From: an uncultured delta proteobacterium
GTDB lineage: Bacteria; Myxococcota_A; Polyangia; Polyangiales; Houyiibacteriaceae
Length of the DNA: 64,000 bases
Direction: 5' to 3'
NCBI GenBank assembly: GCA_963699755.1
Contig: CAVOVB010000001.1
Span: 960,001 to 1,024,000, forward strand
Program-made: the position numbers and the translations under genes
Shown here: in pieces, positions 21,101 to 30,353 of the stretch
Layout of the letters: each line of letters starts with the position of its first letter
How positions within the stretch are numbered: the stretch's first letter is position 1
Notes under the pieces: generated by a model
Database searches by the model: none
Seen by the model: only the letters and a program-made list of their open reading frames with translations
What the model was told of the DNA's origin: nothing

Positions 21101-21343
21101 CCTCTGTCGCTCGCGACCGAAAGCCTTCCGCACCTGGCGCCGATGGCGCAGGTCATCGTCTACGGCCTGACCTTCTCGACACTGCTTACGCTATTGGTGA
21201 TTCCCTGCCTCTACCGGCTCGACGTGGACTTGGCTGGGCGCCTCTCAAGTTGGTTCGCACCACTGATTCACTGGGCGACGGACCCGGGCGCGGCGGCCGT
21301 GGACGAAGCCCCAGACACGACCGTCCAGACGAGCACAGAGTAG
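18173..21343 (+). CDS. RND efflux permease (AcrB/AcrD/AcrF family)
   Basis: 1056 aa; VVDDAIII, GIVVNDSLVL, RLRPIFLTSITT; GTGA overlap with the adaptor gene. Confidence 0.92.
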   Translation: MSIPAFSVRQPVLVNIVAISTVLVGAMVLSVMHRESLPTLPTGWGTVTTTYVGASPEEIEQLVTIPVENAVGDVDKVEEIWGVSKEGVSYVSFHLDDDVEDITSAIMEISNEINRIDDLPVDAERPVVREVKVDFPTITVAIRGEVPEVVLRQVGKDMADRIERLPGVSGIWRNGIRDREFRVDVDPDRLAAYQLPLTAVSSALRFRAANVPAGTTKGEGDARLVRGMTRIGDVEELAGVVIRPDHAGGSVRVGDVAEVSDTFAAGAFSGRVNGEPAVVLTVRKEEQADSVLISRGVRALVDQLRPRLPPGVEIDLFGDAAAEVEHSLGTLYSNAAVGLLLVVLLLWVAIGARNATMAAIGLPVALAGALVAMHMMGITINMMSLMGLILCLGVVVDDAIIIIENIYRHMEEGMPRRKAAVIGTQEVFWPVVSSTLTSWAAFLPLLMMEGVLGDAFAIIPKVVVAALAASLIEAMFILPSHMSDFGKLSHSKLADFGPPRTRLQRASARILSSYERILRWSLQHRAIVVVSAYAICFVMIGVALSAKDVILLTEGDPDMFDVRIHMPTDASKEETEALLAELDARIIALKNPDVEATVAVRGMTRTDMGLSSGDHLGMVTVFVVPVTERSSLHGGRDLVAQVSELYEDVVGPARLEIVEVRPGPPRGAPIAVRIRGENYERLVELAEEVLAEVRVTPGTRNSGHDYELGKQELQIKVDEQRAALHGLTPEMVSGWLRNAFGATPAATLREGDDEIDIVVQLREDVQEDPARIASLQLIAPNGDEVAIREIADISHGRGPGVIRRYQQKRVVSVLSGIDEEATNSGEVNSTLQKSLARLEAANPDVRFEYGGQFEETQESVDSLFRAFIVAILLIYTILATQFQSFSQPLVVMAAIPLSFIGVTGGFLLGSKAIGLIALVGVVGLTGIVVNDSLVLVDFINKRRDQGMALDEAIVEAGRLRLRPIFLTSITTIAGLFPLSLATESLPHLAPMAQVIVYGLTFSTLLTLLVIPCLYRLDVDLAGRLSSWFAPLIHWATDPGAAAVDEAPDTTVQTSTE

Positions 21344-21392
21344 CCGCCGCCGACCCGTGGCAAGCGGCTCGGGGAGCTGCTACGCGCAGGTC

Positions 21393-22190
21393 ATGGCCAA
21401 GCGTTTCGAGAACAAGGTCGTTTGGATCACTGGTGGAGGCAGCGGGATAGGCCGTGCGCTCGCGCTCGGCTTCGCCGATGAAGGTGCCGCTGTGGCCGTG
21501 TCCGGAAGGCGTGAGGAACGGCTTCACGAAGTGGTGCAGGAGCTCGAATCGCGCGGAGCCAAGGGCTTGGCCGTGCGTTGCGACGTTGCCGACGAGGCAT
21601 CGGTCGCCGAAGCGGTTCAGAAGGTCGTTCGAGCTCTCGGCGGCCTCGATGTCGCGGTGGCCAATGCAGGATTTTCCGTCGCTGGCCGAATCGAAAAGCT
21701 GTCTGCAGCAGACTGGCGTCGTCAGCTGGACGTGAACGTCATCGGCGCCGCGATGACGGCCCGCTATGCGATTCCGCCACTACGCGAGCGGAAGGGCCGC
21801 CTGGTGCTCATCGGTAGTGTGAGCTCGATGATCACCACGCCTGGTATGGGAGCGTACTCCGCCTCGAAGCATGCCGTACGCGCAATCGGGCAAGCCCTTG
21901 CAGTCGAGCTCCACGGAAGCGGCGTGAGCTGCACCACCATCCACCCCGGCTACATCGAAAGCGAAATCGCCCAAGTTGACAACCAGGGGCGCTTCGATCC
22001 AGCGAGAGAAGACCGCCGCCCAAAGAACCTGATCTGGTCCGCGGATCGAGCAGCGCGTGTCATGATCGACGCGATCGCAAAGCGAAAGCGCGAGTTCACG
22101 TTCACCGGGCACGGCAAGGCAGCCGCCTTTGCCGGGCGCCACATGCCCGGTGTCATCCACTTCGGCCTCACGCGAAACAAGAAGCCGTAG
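21393..22190 (+). CDS. Short-chain dehydrogenase/reductase
   Basis: TGGGSGIG, NAG, YSASK. Confidence 0.9.
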   Translation: MAKRFENKVVWITGGGSGIGRALALGFADEGAAVAVSGRREERLHEVVQELESRGAKGLAVRCDVADEASVAEAVQKVVRALGGLDVAVANAGFSVAGRIEKLSAADWRRQLDVNVIGAAMTARYAIPPLRERKGRLVLIGSVSSMITTPGMGAYSASKHAVRAIGQALAVELHGSGVSCTTIHPGYIESEIAQVDNQGRFDPAREDRRPKNLIWSADRAARVMIDAIAKRKREFTFTGHGKAAAFAGRHMPGVIHFGLTRNKKP

Positions 22191-22199
22191 GCGCGGTCG

Positions 22200-23219
22200 C
22201 TACTGCACGACGAAGCGGATCATGAAGAGCAGATAGGTCTCTTTGCGACCGCGAACGTCCTGTCGAAGCGCCATTTCTGCGCCGATCTTGCCCTTGGTGA
22301 AGCCAGCGCCCGCCGTGATCTGATTGAGATTTCGACCCTGATCTCGACGGTAACCGAAGCGAAGGGGAACCATCTCGCCGGCGATGTAGCTCACGCCGGC
22401 CCCTGCGATCAGCTCGGTCTTCGGAAAGGTCGTGAAGTCGAAGAGAATATCGCCGCCAATCGTGAAGCTCTCGACCGGGGTGAGGGCGACACTGGAGCCG
22501 GCCATCTGGGGCGCCAGCGAGGAGTGCGTCTTGACGAGATTGTACCCAAGACCTGCAATCTTGAGCCAGGGGATGGGCGTGATGGTCATGGACGCGTCCA
22601 AGGTGATTCCGTCGAACGAAGGTCCCGTCCGCTGCCCTTCGAAGCGTTCCGACTGCAACCGCGCCCATCGAAAGCCGATCCCGATCGCGAGCTGTGGGAT
22701 CGCTTGAATCCCGATGCCGGAGCGCCAATCCCAGCCGGAGTAACGCCGGTTCTCTCCGCTGAACACACCGCGGAAGCTCGTTCCCATCGCGATCTTCTTG
22801 CTGGTCGTCGAGTCGGTGACCGAGCTGCCGATCGTCCAGTACGTGCCCCCACTGCTCTTGCTCCCAGGGATGATCTGGCTGAACGCCTCGACGTGGTAGG
22901 TGCTGACCGCCGCCATGTTGGACGCGTTGTATGCGAGCGCGGAGATGGCTGTGGCACCTGCGCGAACACCCGCGCCCATCGCGAGGCCGTAGCTGGTCTC
23001 GAGTGTGTCCTCTGCCGGAACGAGCGCAGGGTCACCAGGGCCACCGGTCCCCGAAGGCGCCTGGATCTGTCCCAGCACGGACCGAGCCGGGTACAAGGCG
23101 GACAGGAGACCCATGATCACCGCCGCCCACAAAGCTTGTCTTGCCCCCATGGGTCTTACTCCCGCGGAAGCTAACAGCGATGGAACACCCCTCCAAATTG
23201 TCGACTCCGGCCGGTCCAA
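22200..23219 (-). CDS. Hypothetical exported protein, probable outer-membrane beta-barrel
   Basis: Signal-like segment, NASNM (reminiscent of FadL/PorV-type NPA), amphipathic strands. Start uncertain. Confidence 0.55.
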   Translation of the reverse strand: MDRPESTIWRGVPSLLASAGVRPMGARQALWAAVIMGLLSALYPARSVLGQIQAPSGTGGPGDPALVPAEDTLETSYGLAMGAGVRAGATAISALAYNASNMAAVSTYHVEAFSQIIPGSKSSGGTYWTIGSSVTDSTTSKKIAMGTSFRGVFSGENRRYSGWDWRSGIGIQAIPQLAIGIGFRWARLQSERFEGQRTGPSFDGITLDASMTITPIPWLKIAGLGYNLVKTHSSLAPQMAGSSVALTPVESFTIGGDILFDFTTFPKTELIAGAGVSYIAGEMVPLRFGYRRDQGRNLNQITAGAGFTKGKIGAEMALRQDVRGRKETYLLFMIRFVVQ

Positions 23220-23284
23220 GGCGTGAACGCGGTAGCGCCTCGCTTCGCTTCCGATGGCGTTGCGATTAAGCGGCGAAGCGCTAG

Positions 23285-24238
23285 GTGCCTGAAATGCTCG
23301 ATTGGATACTGGATAAATCCTTTATCGGTTACACCGCCCTGGGATTCCGATGCCGTCCTCATTCGCGAATCGAGGCTGACTTAACGGGTCGCGTCGCCCT
23401 CGTCACCGGGGCGACCTCGGGCCTTGGTCGCGAAACGGCCAAGGAGCTCGCACGCCTCGGGGGAAGCGTCGTGCTGGTTGGAAGAGACCCCGAAAAGACT
23501 AGAGCCGTCGCGGAAAACATCCGCGAGCAGACCGGTAACACCAAGTTGCGCACTGAAATCGCTGACTTGAGCGTGATGGCGCAGGTTCGCGCGCTCGCGG
23601 GTCGGATCGAGGCACCGCTTCACATTCTGGTCAACAACGCCGGAGTGCTCTTGGCTGAACGCTCCGAGACCGAAGAGGGCCTGGAAACCAGCTTCGCTAC
23701 CAACCTCCTGGGCCACTTCCTGTTGACCAACCTCCTCATCGAGAAGCTCGAGGCACCCGCCCGCATCATCAACGTGTCATCGGGCGGCATGTACAGCCAG
23801 CGCATTCGTGTCGATGACCTGCAAATGGAACAGGCCCGGTACGACGGCACGACCGCCTATGCGCGGGCGAAGCGTGGGCAGGTCATCCTGACCGAGCTCT
23901 GGGCGGAGGCCCTGAAGGCGCGCGGAATCGTCGTCCATTCGATGCACCCAGGCTGGGCCGACACCCCCGGGGTTTCGAAGTCCTTGCCGCGATTCTACCG
24001 GCTCACCAAGCCGTTGCTGCGCACGCCCGCGCAAGGCGCCGATACCGTCGTGTGGCTCTGTGCGGCGGACGAAGCGGGGCGCTCAACCGGACGGTTTTGG
24101 CACGATCGGACGGCACGGCCGACACATCGCTTGCCTGGGACGAGGGAAACGGCTGCGGAACGGCAGGCGCTCTGGACGCGATTGGCCGAGCTCAGCGGCT
24201 GGTCTGGTACCTTATCCGAGCTCGCGGAAGCAGGATAG
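23285..24238 (+). CDS. SDR oxidoreductase (DHRS12/retinol-dehydrogenase-like)
   Basis: TGATSGLG, NNAG, VSSGGMY, YARAK, MHPGWADTPG. Confidence 0.9.
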   Translation: MPEMLDWILDKSFIGYTALGFRCRPHSRIEADLTGRVALVTGATSGLGRETAKELARLGGSVVLVGRDPEKTRAVAENIREQTGNTKLRTEIADLSVMAQVRALAGRIEAPLHILVNNAGVLLAERSETEEGLETSFATNLLGHFLLTNLLIEKLEAPARIINVSSGGMYSQRIRVDDLQMEQARYDGTTAYARAKRGQVILTELWAEALKARGIVVHSMHPGWADTPGVSKSLPRFYRLTKPLLRTPAQGADTVVWLCAADEAGRSTGRFWHDRTARPTHRLPGTRETAAERQALWTRLAELSGWSGTLSELAEAG

Positions 24239-24247
24239 ATTCCCGCC

Positions 24248-25237
24248 ATGGTCAAGCCAGCAAAGCGTGGCCCAACCAGGCGGCGTATCCTCACCATTTC
24301 GCTCTACGCAGTTTGCTGGCTGTCGCTCACCATGCTGAGTCCGTTCTGGCTCGTGCTTGCCGCTTTGGTTGGCCTCGCACGGCGTCGTTCGTTCATCTTG
24401 CTTAGGCTCCTGGTCTTCGCTTGGTTCTATTTCGGCCTAGAGCTGATAGCGCTAGTGCTCGTTGCGTGGACCTTGGCAACGCGGAGGAGCACTGAGTCAC
24501 GGATCGGTGACCTCTACCGATTGCAGGCCTGGTGGGCCAATGCGACCTTGCTGATCGCCACGAAGCTGCTTCGACTTCGTTTCGCCGTCGTCGGTGCCGA
24601 TTGCGCAACGCCGGGGCCGTCGATCCTCTTGATTCGCCATGCGAGCATTCTCGATACCTTGTTGCCGAGTGTGTTCGTTCAGCGCCCTCATGGGTTTCGA
24701 GTTCGCTACGTGCTCAAGCAGGAGCTCTTGTTCGATCCTTGCATCGACATCGTTGGCAATGCGCTGCCGAACTACTTCGTCGATCGCACGGGAAACACCC
24801 AGCGGGAGGTCGCGGGAATCGCGGCGCTCGCAGAGGGCCTCGGGACCGATGGGGTGCTCATGTTTCCCGAGGGAACCCGCTTTTCCCCGCAAAAGCGGCA
24901 AAGAGCGCTCCAGAAGCTCGAGACCGAGGCTTCCCCGCTACTCGCCCGAGCGCACGAGCTCACTCATGTCCTTCCACCAAAACCCGCTGGCGTGCTCGCG
25001 CTTCTCGATGCGCTACCCAAGGTCGACTGCGTCTTCCTGGCACACACGGGACTCGAAACGTTTGCAAAGATTCGAGACCTCATGAGTGGCGCGGTGGTTG
25101 GCTCGACAGTGCACGTTTACTTGTGGCGTGTAGACGCGAACGACATTCCGACGACGACGGATGAACGACTACGTTGGCTCTACGCTCAATGGAGTCGAGT
25201 CAACGCGTTCGTGCGAAACGCGCACGAAACTTTTTGA
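24248..25237 (+). CDS. PlsC-family glycerolipid acyltransferase
   Basis: HASILD (HxxxxD), FPEGTR, N-terminal TM helices. Confidence 0.85.
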   Translation: MVKPAKRGPTRRRILTISLYAVCWLSLTMLSPFWLVLAALVGLARRRSFILLRLLVFAWFYFGLELIALVLVAWTLATRRSTESRIGDLYRLQAWWANATLLIATKLLRLRFAVVGADCATPGPSILLIRHASILDTLLPSVFVQRPHGFRVRYVLKQELLFDPCIDIVGNALPNYFVDRTGNTQREVAGIAALAEGLGTDGVLMFPEGTRFSPQKRQRALQKLETEASPLLARAHELTHVLPPKPAGVLALLDALPKVDCVFLAHTGLETFAKIRDLMSGAVVGSTVHVYLWRVDANDIPTTTDERLRWLYAQWSRVNAFVRNAHETF

Positions 25238-25239
25238 AT

Positions 25240-25640
25240 TGCCGGTGGAAAAGTTGTGGATGAGACGCACATGATGCGCCGATCACGAGTGATCCCGCCA
25301 CTCAAGAAGTAGTCACAACTGTGAACGAAGTGCGTCGCATGTTGCGCGAACGATAACAAGACGTAATTCGGAATGATTGCAACAGCTTGCCAACAGGTGC
25401 GCGACGACGCGGTAAACTACGCCTTCGTCTGTCAAAAAAACGGCATGTGAATCTTTCGCGATCACAAGTGGTTAGAAATTAGTTCGTCGATCCCCGTAGA
25501 CGCTTGCGAAACACACTGCTAGTTTCGGCGCCCTTCAGTCGAATCACACACGTTGGCCATCGCCATGGTCGGCGAAAATCGATTGTGGGATTGTATTCGC
25601 TCATCGCCGATAGGCTGTGGATTGCCTGTGGACGTCGGTG
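25240..25640. other. oriC left part / dnaA promoter region with degenerate DnaA boxes
   Basis: Lower-GC 435-bp intergenic stretch containing TGTGGATGA (25255-25263), GGTGGAAAA (25244-25252), TGTGGATTG (25616-25624) and TGTGGACGT (25627-25635); consensus is TGTGGATAA. Confidence 0.65.
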
Positions 25641-25673
25641 CCGCATTGCGTGTTTTCTGGGGGCTAGGACTCG

Positions 25674-27032
25674 ATGGAACAATTGTGGGAACAAGCGTTG
25701 GGCAGTCTGAAAGCGCACCTCTCCGCTGAGAACTTCGAGACCTGGCTGCAACCCGTTCAGTTCGGCGGCATCGATAGTGATTCGATCGTCCTCAGGATTC
25801 CCAATCAGTTCTTCGCCGAGTGGATTGCCGCGCACTACCTCGACATGATCCTCGACACCTTGCAGAGCGAGGCCGGCGAAACCCCCATGCCCAAAAAGGT
25901 TCGCTGGGAGCTCGACGAAACCCTGCGTGGCCAGGGGCAAGCTGCGCGTGAAACCCCGCCGCTTTCGGCCCGGCGCGCCCCTCGCGCGACGCCGAAGCCT
26001 CCCGACTCCGCGGACCTCAACCCGAAGTACCGCTTCAAGAACTTCGTCGTCGGCCCGGCCAATCAGCTCGCCCACGCAGCGAGCGTGGCCTGTGGCTCCG
26101 ACCCTGGACGCCGTTACAACCCGCTCTTCATTTATGGTGGTGTCGGACTCGGTAAGACGCATTTGGTCAATGCGATCGGCCACGCAATCGTCCAACGAAA
26201 CCCACGCGCGCGAACGCTCTACGTCTCGGCCGAACGCTTCACCAACGAGTTCATTTGGTCACTGCAAAACCAAGAGATCAATGCTTTCCGGAAGCGCTAT
26301 CGGACGCAGTGCGACGTTCTGCTGATGGACGACATCCAGTTCCTTGCTGGCCGCGAGCAAACGCAAGAGGAGTTCTTCCACACCTTCAATGCGCTCTATC
26401 ACTCCGACAAGCAGATCGTGGTGACCTCCGATGTCTATCCTCGCCAGATTGCGGAGATGCAGGAACGGCTGATCAGTCGATTTCAATCTGGCATGGTCGC
26501 AGACGTTCAGGCGCCCGAGCTCGATACCCGAATCGCCATCTTGCAAAAGAAGGCCGAGAACGAGGGCATCGAGCTCGCCGGCGAGGTGGCGCTTTTCATC
26601 GCGCAGACCATCCGTAGCAACGTCCGCGAGCTCGAAGGCACGCTTCTGCGTGTTGCGGTGAAGGCAGAGCTTCTCGGACTTCCGATGAACCTCGAGTTCG
26701 CCAAGGAAGCGTTGCGGACGGTACTGCCCAATCAGGACACGGCGATGACCGTCGAAGAGATCCAGCGGATCGTCTGCGGTTACTTCGGGATTCGTCTGGC
26801 CGACCTCAAGTCACGTCGGCGGCACCGCGCGGTGAGCTTTCCTCGAATGATCGCGATGTACGTTTGCCGCCAGCGCCTCGGGACCAGCTATCCCGAGCTC
26901 GGCGAGCGCTTTGGTGGCAAGGACCACACCACCGTCCTGAGTGCCGTTCGGAAGATCAGCGGGCTGATGGAGGACCAGGACGAACGCGTCCTCGGCGCTG
27001 TGGGTGCGATTGAGCGCAAGCTCGGCATCTAG
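25674..27032 (+). CDS. dnaA: Chromosomal replication initiator DnaA
   Basis: YNPLFIYGGVGLGKTHL, LLMDDIQF, NVRELEG, GGKDHTTV. Confidence 0.98.
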   Translation: MEQLWEQALGSLKAHLSAENFETWLQPVQFGGIDSDSIVLRIPNQFFAEWIAAHYLDMILDTLQSEAGETPMPKKVRWELDETLRGQGQAARETPPLSARRAPRATPKPPDSADLNPKYRFKNFVVGPANQLAHAASVACGSDPGRRYNPLFIYGGVGLGKTHLVNAIGHAIVQRNPRARTLYVSAERFTNEFIWSLQNQEINAFRKRYRTQCDVLLMDDIQFLAGREQTQEEFFHTFNALYHSDKQIVVTSDVYPRQIAEMQERLISRFQSGMVADVQAPELDTRIAILQKKAENEGIELAGEVALFIAQTIRSNVRELEGTLLRVAVKAELLGLPMNLEFAKEALRTVLPNQDTAMTVEEIQRIVCGYFGIRLADLKSRRRHRAVSFPRMIAMYVCRQRLGTSYPELGERFGGKDHTTVLSAVRKISGLMEDQDERVLGAVGAIERKLGI

Positions 27033-27169
27033 TGCGGGTACTCAATCTTGAATTACGAGCGTTTCCACGCCTCGTGGGGCCTCTTGGCGTGGCCTCGCCG
27101 GCCTGGGCCTTCAGAAGGATTTTGGTGTATACCAGCGCCTGTGCACTGGCTGAGATCAGGCTGGGGAGA

Positions 27170-27325
27170 GCCCCTGTGGACTGCTCGGGGGCTCGGATGT
27201 CCCCAGTCACCTCAAGATCAACACAGGGTTCCGATGTCATCCAAAGCTCAGTTGTTCCGACGGCTTATCTTGCTTCTTCCACAATTCACAGCTGTTAAGA
27301 CGACTACGAATTTTTAAATTAAGAG
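27170..27325. other. oriC unwinding region (DnaA boxes, DnaA-trio-like repeat, AT-rich tract)
   Basis: TCTTCCACA followed by ATTCACAG (27275-27291), then TAAGACGACTACGAA and TTTTTAAATTAA, between dnaA and dnaN. Confidence 0.75.
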
Positions 27326-27376
27326 ATCTAGCGAAGTGAGTAAACAGAAAAAGTCCTCTAAGGAGTGAACCGAAAC

Positions 27377-28513
27377 ATGGAGCTCACGATCGATAAGCAG
27401 CAGTTCCTCCGTGGACTTGCGCGTACGCACGGTGTGGCTGATCGCAAAAGCTCGATGCACATCTTGTCGAATGTCTTGCTCACGGCCGAAGGGCCTGACC
27501 GTCTTCGTCTGTCTGCAACCGATCTGTATCTCGGCGTCACTGCAGTCGTTCCAGCACGGATCAAGAAGGGCGGCAGCATTGCCGTCGCGGCACGGACGAT
27601 CTTCGACATCGTGAAGAATCTACCCGAAGGTGAGGTGAGCTGGAAGCTGAGCGAAAGTCATTTGGTCGAGCTGAGTTGCGGCAAGGTGCGCTATCGCATC
27701 CCGGCCATGCCCGGTGAGGACTTTCCGCCCCTGCCCAATCCTGGCGATGCCGATTTCGCACATGTCGATGCAGGGCTTCTCGCGGAGCTCATCTCGCTGA
27801 CCCAATACTCGATGTCCCACGACGATACGCGGCCGCACCTTGCAGGAACGCTCTTCGAAGGCGACGGAAAGGTGGTCCGTATGGTAACCACCGATGGCCA
27901 TCGTCTCTCGAAAGCGCAGCACAAAATCGCTGGAAAAGGTGCAATGGTGAACTTCAGCATGCTGGTCCCGCACAAGGGAATCAGCGAGCTCAAACGGCTG
28001 CTCGATGACATCAAGGGCAGCAAGGGCAAAGGAGACGAGCCGTCCACCATTGGCATCGCGACCAAGGGGGGCAATGCGTTCTTTCTCCGCGACGATCTCT
28101 GCCTGAATGTGAAGTTGGCAGACGAAAACTTCCCGCCGTACGACAAGGTGATCCCGAGCAAGCAGAGTCGAACGGTGATCGCTGCGCGGGGGCCCTTGGT
28201 CGAGGCGTTGAAGCGAATCAGCTTGGTGGCTAACGACAAGAGCGGCGGCGTGCAGCTGACAATCGAACCGGGCGTCCTACGACTCCAGAGCCAGAACCCC
28301 GAAGTGGGCGAGGGCAGTGAAGAGGTCGACGTCGACTACGCAGGGGACGAGCTTCGTATCGGTTTCAACGCGCGATATTTACTCGATGCGCTGAGTGCCC
28401 TTTCGAATGACGAGATTGCAATCGAGCTAAGCGGTGAGCGTGATCCCGGCGTGCTGAAGCCAGTGGGTGACAACTCCGACTTCATCGGGGTCATCATGCC
28501 CATGCGCATCTAG
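27377..28513 (+). CDS. dnaN: DNA polymerase III beta sliding clamp
   Basis: ILSNVLL, SATDL, TTDGHRL, FPPYDKVIP, IGFNARYL, IMPMRI. Start at GTG 27365 or ATG 27377. Confidence 0.97.
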   Translation: MELTIDKQQFLRGLARTHGVADRKSSMHILSNVLLTAEGPDRLRLSATDLYLGVTAVVPARIKKGGSIAVAARTIFDIVKNLPEGEVSWKLSESHLVELSCGKVRYRIPAMPGEDFPPLPNPGDADFAHVDAGLLAELISLTQYSMSHDDTRPHLAGTLFEGDGKVVRMVTTDGHRLSKAQHKIAGKGAMVNFSMLVPHKGISELKRLLDDIKGSKGKGDEPSTIGIATKGGNAFFLRDDLCLNVKLADENFPPYDKVIPSKQSRTVIAARGPLVEALKRISLVANDKSGGVQLTIEPGVLRLQSQNPEVGEGSEEVDVDYAGDELRIGFNARYLLDALSALSNDEIAIELSGERDPGVLKPVGDNSDFIGVIMPMRI

Positions 28514-28530
28514 TAGAGCAGGGTAGGGCG

Positions 28531-29640
28531 TTGACCTCAGACTTGCGGAGCGCCGAGAACCCAAGCCGTGTCACGTTCCTCCGTGCTCAAGGCTTTCGGA
28601 ATCTGCGCTCCTTGGCGTTCGAGCCCGGGTCGCACTTCAACGTCATCCATGGTGACAACGGTGCAGGGAAATCGAACCTTCTCGAAGCAATTGACTATTT
28701 AGGCGCCCTGAGAAGCTTTCGTGGGGCCAAAACCGAGGACCTGATCGCCCTCGACACCGATACAGCCCTGCTCGAAGCCAGGTTGGAAGGAGGGGCGGCG
28801 GCTCACAAGCTGCGAATCGAGATTGGGCGGTCTCAGCGGAGGGGTTTGCTGCTCGATGGGAAGCGCCCACGTTCGACGAGCGCCTGGCATCAGACGGTCC
28901 GCATGGTGCTGTTCCATCCTGGGGACCTCGTTCTCGCATCCGGCTCCGCAGACAAACGCCGCGCGTTTCTCGACCGAATGCTCGAGCAGATGGATCCGAT
29001 CTATGGCTCCACGCTCACGAGCTATGAGAAGGCCCTTCGCAGCCGCAATCGATTGCTCAAGGAGGAGCGGACCGATCGACGCTCGGTTCGGGCTTATGAC
29101 GCCATTCTCAGCAAGGCAGGGGCGGTGGTAGGCCAGGCTCGCCGCCGCCTGATCGAAGATCTGGCGCCGCGGGTCGTGCGCGCGTTCTCAGAAGTGTTCG
29201 CCGGCGATACCCCTCTCGGCGTTCGCTACCTGCCGCGCGTGGAGCCAACGGAGGAAGCCATTGCCGAGGCCCTGGAGCGTTCGTTCGACAAGGACCGTGC
29301 TCGTGGGTTCACCGTGGAAGGTCCGCACGGTGATGACCTGGAGCTCCAGTTGCATGAGGTAGGCGCGCGGCATCATGGCTCCCAGGGGCAGCACCGAACG
29401 ATCGTGCTTGCCCTCAAGACGGCGGAGCTCGACCTGCTCAGCGAGCGTACGGGCCGGGTGCCGATTCTTCTTCTAGACGACGTTTCGAGTGAGCTCGACC
29501 GAAGCCGAAACCGGCGTTTTTTCGAGGTTCTGAGCCAGACGGGCGGCCAGGTTTTCCTGACGACCACCCATCCGGAGTTCATTCTCTTGGAACAGGATCG
29601 AGTCGATTTCCAAGTCGATCGAGGTCAGGTCACTCGATGA
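28531..29640 (+). CDS. recF: DNA replication/repair protein RecF
   Basis: FRNL, GDNGAGKSNLLEAI, GSQGQ, LLLDDVSSELD. Confidence 0.95.
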   Translation: MTSDLRSAENPSRVTFLRAQGFRNLRSLAFEPGSHFNVIHGDNGAGKSNLLEAIDYLGALRSFRGAKTEDLIALDTDTALLEARLEGGAAAHKLRIEIGRSQRRGLLLDGKRPRSTSAWHQTVRMVLFHPGDLVLASGSADKRRAFLDRMLEQMDPIYGSTLTSYEKALRSRNRLLKEERTDRRSVRAYDAILSKAGAVVGQARRRLIEDLAPRVVRAFSEVFAGDTPLGVRYLPRVEPTEEAIAEALERSFDKDRARGFTVEGPHGDDLELQLHEVGARHHGSQGQHRTIVLALKTAELDLLSERTGRVPILLLDDVSSELDRSRNRRFFEVLSQTGGQVFLTTTHPEFILLEQDRVDFQVDRGQVTR

Positions 29641-30307
29641 TTCGGGCGCTTCTGATGTAGTCGAGCTTGGGGAAGCTCTTCTTCAGGTAGCTGTTGCCCT
29701 CTGTCTGCATCTGTGCTTGCGAGGGCCCGCGGCCGCGAGGCGCGCCTTCGCCGTAGCCGTCATAGAGGGCATCGACCGGAGCCATGTCTTTGACCTTGCC
29801 GAACGGCGCAAAGCCCATTGCGTCGAGACGGGAGTTGTCGCCGAAGTTGATGAAGAACTGCGTGGTGCGCGAATTGGGTCCCGAGGTCGCAAACGACACG
29901 GTGCCGCGCATGTTACTGGCTTTGACGGGGTCGTCAGGGATCCGCTTTTCGCGCCATTCGGCGTTGAGAGCAGGATCGCCGCTGATGCCGCCCTGCGCCA
30001 TGAAGCCACTGATCACGCGGAAGAAGGCCACGTCGGTGAAATACCCATTTTGGACAAGCTCGTAGAAGCGGTCGGCTCCGTGCGGGGCCCAATCTCGACG
30101 CACCTCGAGCACGATTGCGCCTTTCGTCGTGTCGAGCTCAACCGTGTACTGACTCGGGGCCGCACCCTGGCCCAGGGTCGTCGGGCTCCTCGCCTTTGAG
30201 CTGGTCGCCTGGCTCTCTTCGCCCTGGGTCCTAGGCTCAGTTTCTTCTTCCTTGGGGCAGCCGACGAGAAGGACGCCGGCCAACAAACACAAAACTGCGG
30301 TTCGCAT
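29630..30307 (-). CDS. Cyclophilin-type peptidyl-prolyl isomerase (lipoprotein)
   Basis: Lipobox LVGC; WAPHGADRF, FFRVISGFMAQ, RTTQFFIN, GFAPFG. Confidence 0.9.
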   Translation of the reverse strand: MRTAVLCLLAGVLLVGCPKEEETEPRTQGEESQATSSKARSPTTLGQGAAPSQYTVELDTTKGAIVLEVRRDWAPHGADRFYELVQNGYFTDVAFFRVISGFMAQGGISGDPALNAEWREKRIPDDPVKASNMRGTVSFATSGPNSRTTQFFINFGDNSRLDAMGFAPFGKVKDMAPVDALYDGYGEGAPRGRGPSQAQMQTEGNSYLKKSFPKLDYIRSARIIE

Positions 30308-30353
30308 GGGCGTACCTTGGCAAGCCCCCGCCGGAGCGCAAGCTCGCCTGCCT

